In this document: positions 62,391 to 64,000 of the stretch, in pieces
Layout of the letters: every line of letters begins with the position of its first letter
How positions within the stretch are numbered: the stretch's first letter is position 1
DNA from: an uncultured bacterium
GTDB lineage: Bacteria > Armatimonadota > Abditibacteriia > Abditibacteriales > Abditibacteriaceae
Reading direction: 5' to 3'
DNA length: 64,000 nt
Assembly (NCBI GenBank): GCA_963843795.1
Contig: CAWJLW010000006.1
Location: 2,232,001-2,296,000, forward strand
Notes under the pieces: model-generated
Told to the model about the DNA's origin: nothing
The model's database searches: none
What the model saw: only the letters and a program-made list of their open reading frames with translations
Position numbers and translations under genes: made by a program

Positions 62391-63827
62391 TCAAGCATGA
62401 TTTTCGTGATGGCCTTCTTTATCCGGCGGCAACTGCAAACGCAACGCGATAATACGCAGACGATCGATTTCTTCGACCAACAGATGCGCGCCATTAATTT
62501 CAACCTCATCGCCCACCTGCGCCGGTCGTCCCAATTCGTTCATCACCAATCCGGCCACGGTATCGACCTCATCCGAGCGAAAGCCCAAGCCATAAAGCTC
62601 GTTCAGTTCGTCGATTAAAACGCGACCGCGCAAACGAATTGTGCCATCTTCGCGTTGGACGATTTCGGGGTCGGGCGCATCGAATTCGTCCTGCACATCA
62701 CCAAACACTTGATGCAACAAATCTCCCATCGTGACCAAGCCCGACGTGCCGCCATACTCGTCGATGACAATTGCCATCTGTTGTTGCCGGCCTTTGAATT
62801 CGGTCAGTAAACGATCAATGGTAATGGTTTCGGGCACGCGCGGCGCCTCGCGTAACAACGGCATCAGGTTTATTTTGGCTTCGGGTTCAGCATCGCCATG
62901 CGGGAGGGTGCTTTCAAAACGCACCAGGTCGCGCAAATGGGCAATGCCCAGAATTTCATCGACCGTGCCGTGATAAACCGGAACGCGTGTGTGCGGTTCG
63001 CTGCGCAAATAATCTAAAAATTCTGCGCGTGTCATTTCGACCGGTAGGGCTTTCATCTCGACGCGCGGCAGCATTGTTTCGCGCGCGGTGATTTCCGAAA
63101 ACTTGACCACGCGATGCAACAATTCGCGCTCGGTCGCAGTAAGCTGACCCCCTTCATGGGCCTGCGTGAACAAAATATCGAGTTCTTCAGGTGAATGTAC
63201 CGAACTGTGTTCGCCGCTGGAATGGATGCCGATGCGGCGCAGCAGAAAATTGCCCGTGCCATTGAGCATCCAAATGAGCGGCGTGAACAAGCGTGCGAAC
63301 AACAGCATCGGGCGCGCGATAATCAGCGTGGTCGATTCGGTTTTGGTAAGCGCGATAGATTTTGGCATCAATTCGCCGACGATGACGTGCAGCGCCGTCA
63401 TCACGAAATAAGCCAATCCAATCGCTACCACGCCGCGCGTGAGACCGCCGCCCGTTTCAGGCAAAAACCCAAACAGCGGTTCGAACAGTTGATGAAAAGT
63501 GCGTTCGCCGATGCCGCCTAATAACAGCGAAGCGACGGTGATGCCGACTTGAGTGGCCGCAATGTAACGATCTAAATCGCGCACGGCACGCTGTACCAAA
63601 ACAGCGGATGCGTTGCCTTCGGCGGCCATCTGGTCGATGCGCGTGCGGCGCACTGCGACCAGGGAGAATTCGGAGGCCACAAAAAAACCGTTCAATAACA
63701 CCAAAAACAGCACGATGCCCAGCGAAACGGCCATCTGCTGAGGCGTCATGTGTTCGACAACGCTGGCTGCCTGAGTAGCGGCGTGAGTCGCGTCGGAAGC
63801 GGATAAAGGAGGTTGGTCAGATGCCAT
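62391..63827 (-). CDS. HlyC/CorC (CNNM-CBS) family transporter
   Basis: LNGFFVASEFSLV, QVGIT, GELMPK, CBS pair, IDEYGGTSGLVT, CorC domain. Confidence 0.94.
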   Translation of the reverse strand: MASDQPPLSASDATHAATQAASVVEHMTPQQMAVSLGIVLFLVLLNGFFVASEFSLVAVRRTRIDQMAAEGNASAVLVQRAVRDLDRYIAATQVGITVASLLLGGIGERTFHQLFEPLFGFLPETGGGLTRGVVAIGLAYFVMTALHVIVGELMPKSIALTKTESTTLIIARPMLLFARLFTPLIWMLNGTGNFLLRRIGIHSSGEHSSVHSPEELDILFTQAHEGGQLTATERELLHRVVKFSEITARETMLPRVEMKALPVEMTRAEFLDYLRSEPHTRVPVYHGTVDEILGIAHLRDLVRFESTLPHGDAEPEAKINLMPLLREAPRVPETITIDRLLTEFKGRQQQMAIVIDEYGGTSGLVTMGDLLHQVFGDVQDEFDAPDPEIVQREDGTIRLRGRVLIDELNELYGLGFRSDEVDTVAGLVMNELGRPAQVGDEVEINGAHLLVEEIDRLRIIALRLQLPPDKEGHHENHA

Positions 63828-63968
63828 GAAAATTGTCGCGTCTGGCTCGATGCACTGCGCACGTACTTGCAGCGAGTATGTATGTGCGCAGTGCATCGAA
63901 ACTTAAAACAAAAAATGCGAAATGCGTCCGGCGGAAAATTCCGCGTTTAGCATTCCGCATTTTGAAAA

Positions 63969-64000
63969 TGGAGCCGCCTGCCGGAATCGAACCGGCGACC
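63969..64000 (-). tRNA. 3' part of a tRNA (possibly Thr; anticodon outside the window)
   Basis: Reverse complement GGTCGCCGGTTCGATTCCGGCAGGCGGCTCCA: T-arm GTTCGATTC, acceptor strand and encoded CCA. Confidence 0.88.

Larger units (their letters stand above)
2628..63870. repeat. Dispersed 12-bp palindrome GCAAGTACTTGC (at least 36 exact copies plus variants)
   Basis: Exact copies start at 2628, 3118, 6999, 10117, 10308, 11746, 14167, 15069, 15512, 16804, 19325, 20290, 23263, 23414, 26732, 26771, 28021, 29117, 29957, 32659, 34328, 37391, 39345, 40941, 41966, 44000, 45306, 45477, 48747, 50329, 52224, 53894, 55533, 56973, 60625 and 62316. One-mismatch variants at 10964, 30946, 32605, 35886, 39358, 43345, 43494, 45657, 52737, 54040, 56847 and 63859. 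Manual count. Confidence 0.97.

Noticed and set aside
2628..63870. Palindrome as a CRISPR repeat, REP/MITE or IS end
   Set aside because: Copies are dispersed, with no regular spacers, conserved flanks or target duplications, and there is no cas, RAYT or transposase gene in the window.
2628..63870. Palindrome as a conventional transcription-factor operator
   Set aside because: It is too dense and occurs deep inside CDSs and between convergent 3' ends of unrelated genes.
63900..64000. tRNA 3' end as an integration site
   Set aside because: No integrase nearby and no second copy of the tRNA end seen in the window.

Overview
Bacterial chromosomal window of about 55% GC (by eye) from a diderm organism; gene content suggests Armatimonadota/Abditibacteriota, which is an inference. 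It holds about 46 CDSs. These include secreted glycosidases (GH99-like, GtaA/DUF4965-like, GH2), a GAF-PAS-GGDEF cyclase, marR/azoR, tsaE-tsaB-rimI and thiE-thiL. Two separate partial Tad/Flp pilus modules (cpaE/cpaC/cpaB) are present. A metal-uptake region contains a DUF2946-like leader, an outer-membrane protein, a Zn/Mn ABC transporter, a split DUF4331 pair, a TPR protein and a His-rich RcnA-like permease. Also present are gnd, comEA, nnrD, alpha-2-macroglobulin, a SurA-like PPIase, csaB, a CorC-family protein and the 3' end of a tRNA. The dominant unexplained signal is a 12-bp perfect palindrome, GCAAGTACTTGC. I counted by eye at least 36 exact copies (about 1 per 1.8 kb) plus more than a dozen near-matches. 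It lies in intergenic gaps, in terminator-like hairpins and inside genes in all three frames, like a HIP1- or DUS-type genome-wide motif. Six genes carry seven +1 frameshifts, probably assembly indels, and two of these sit exactly at the centre of the palindrome.
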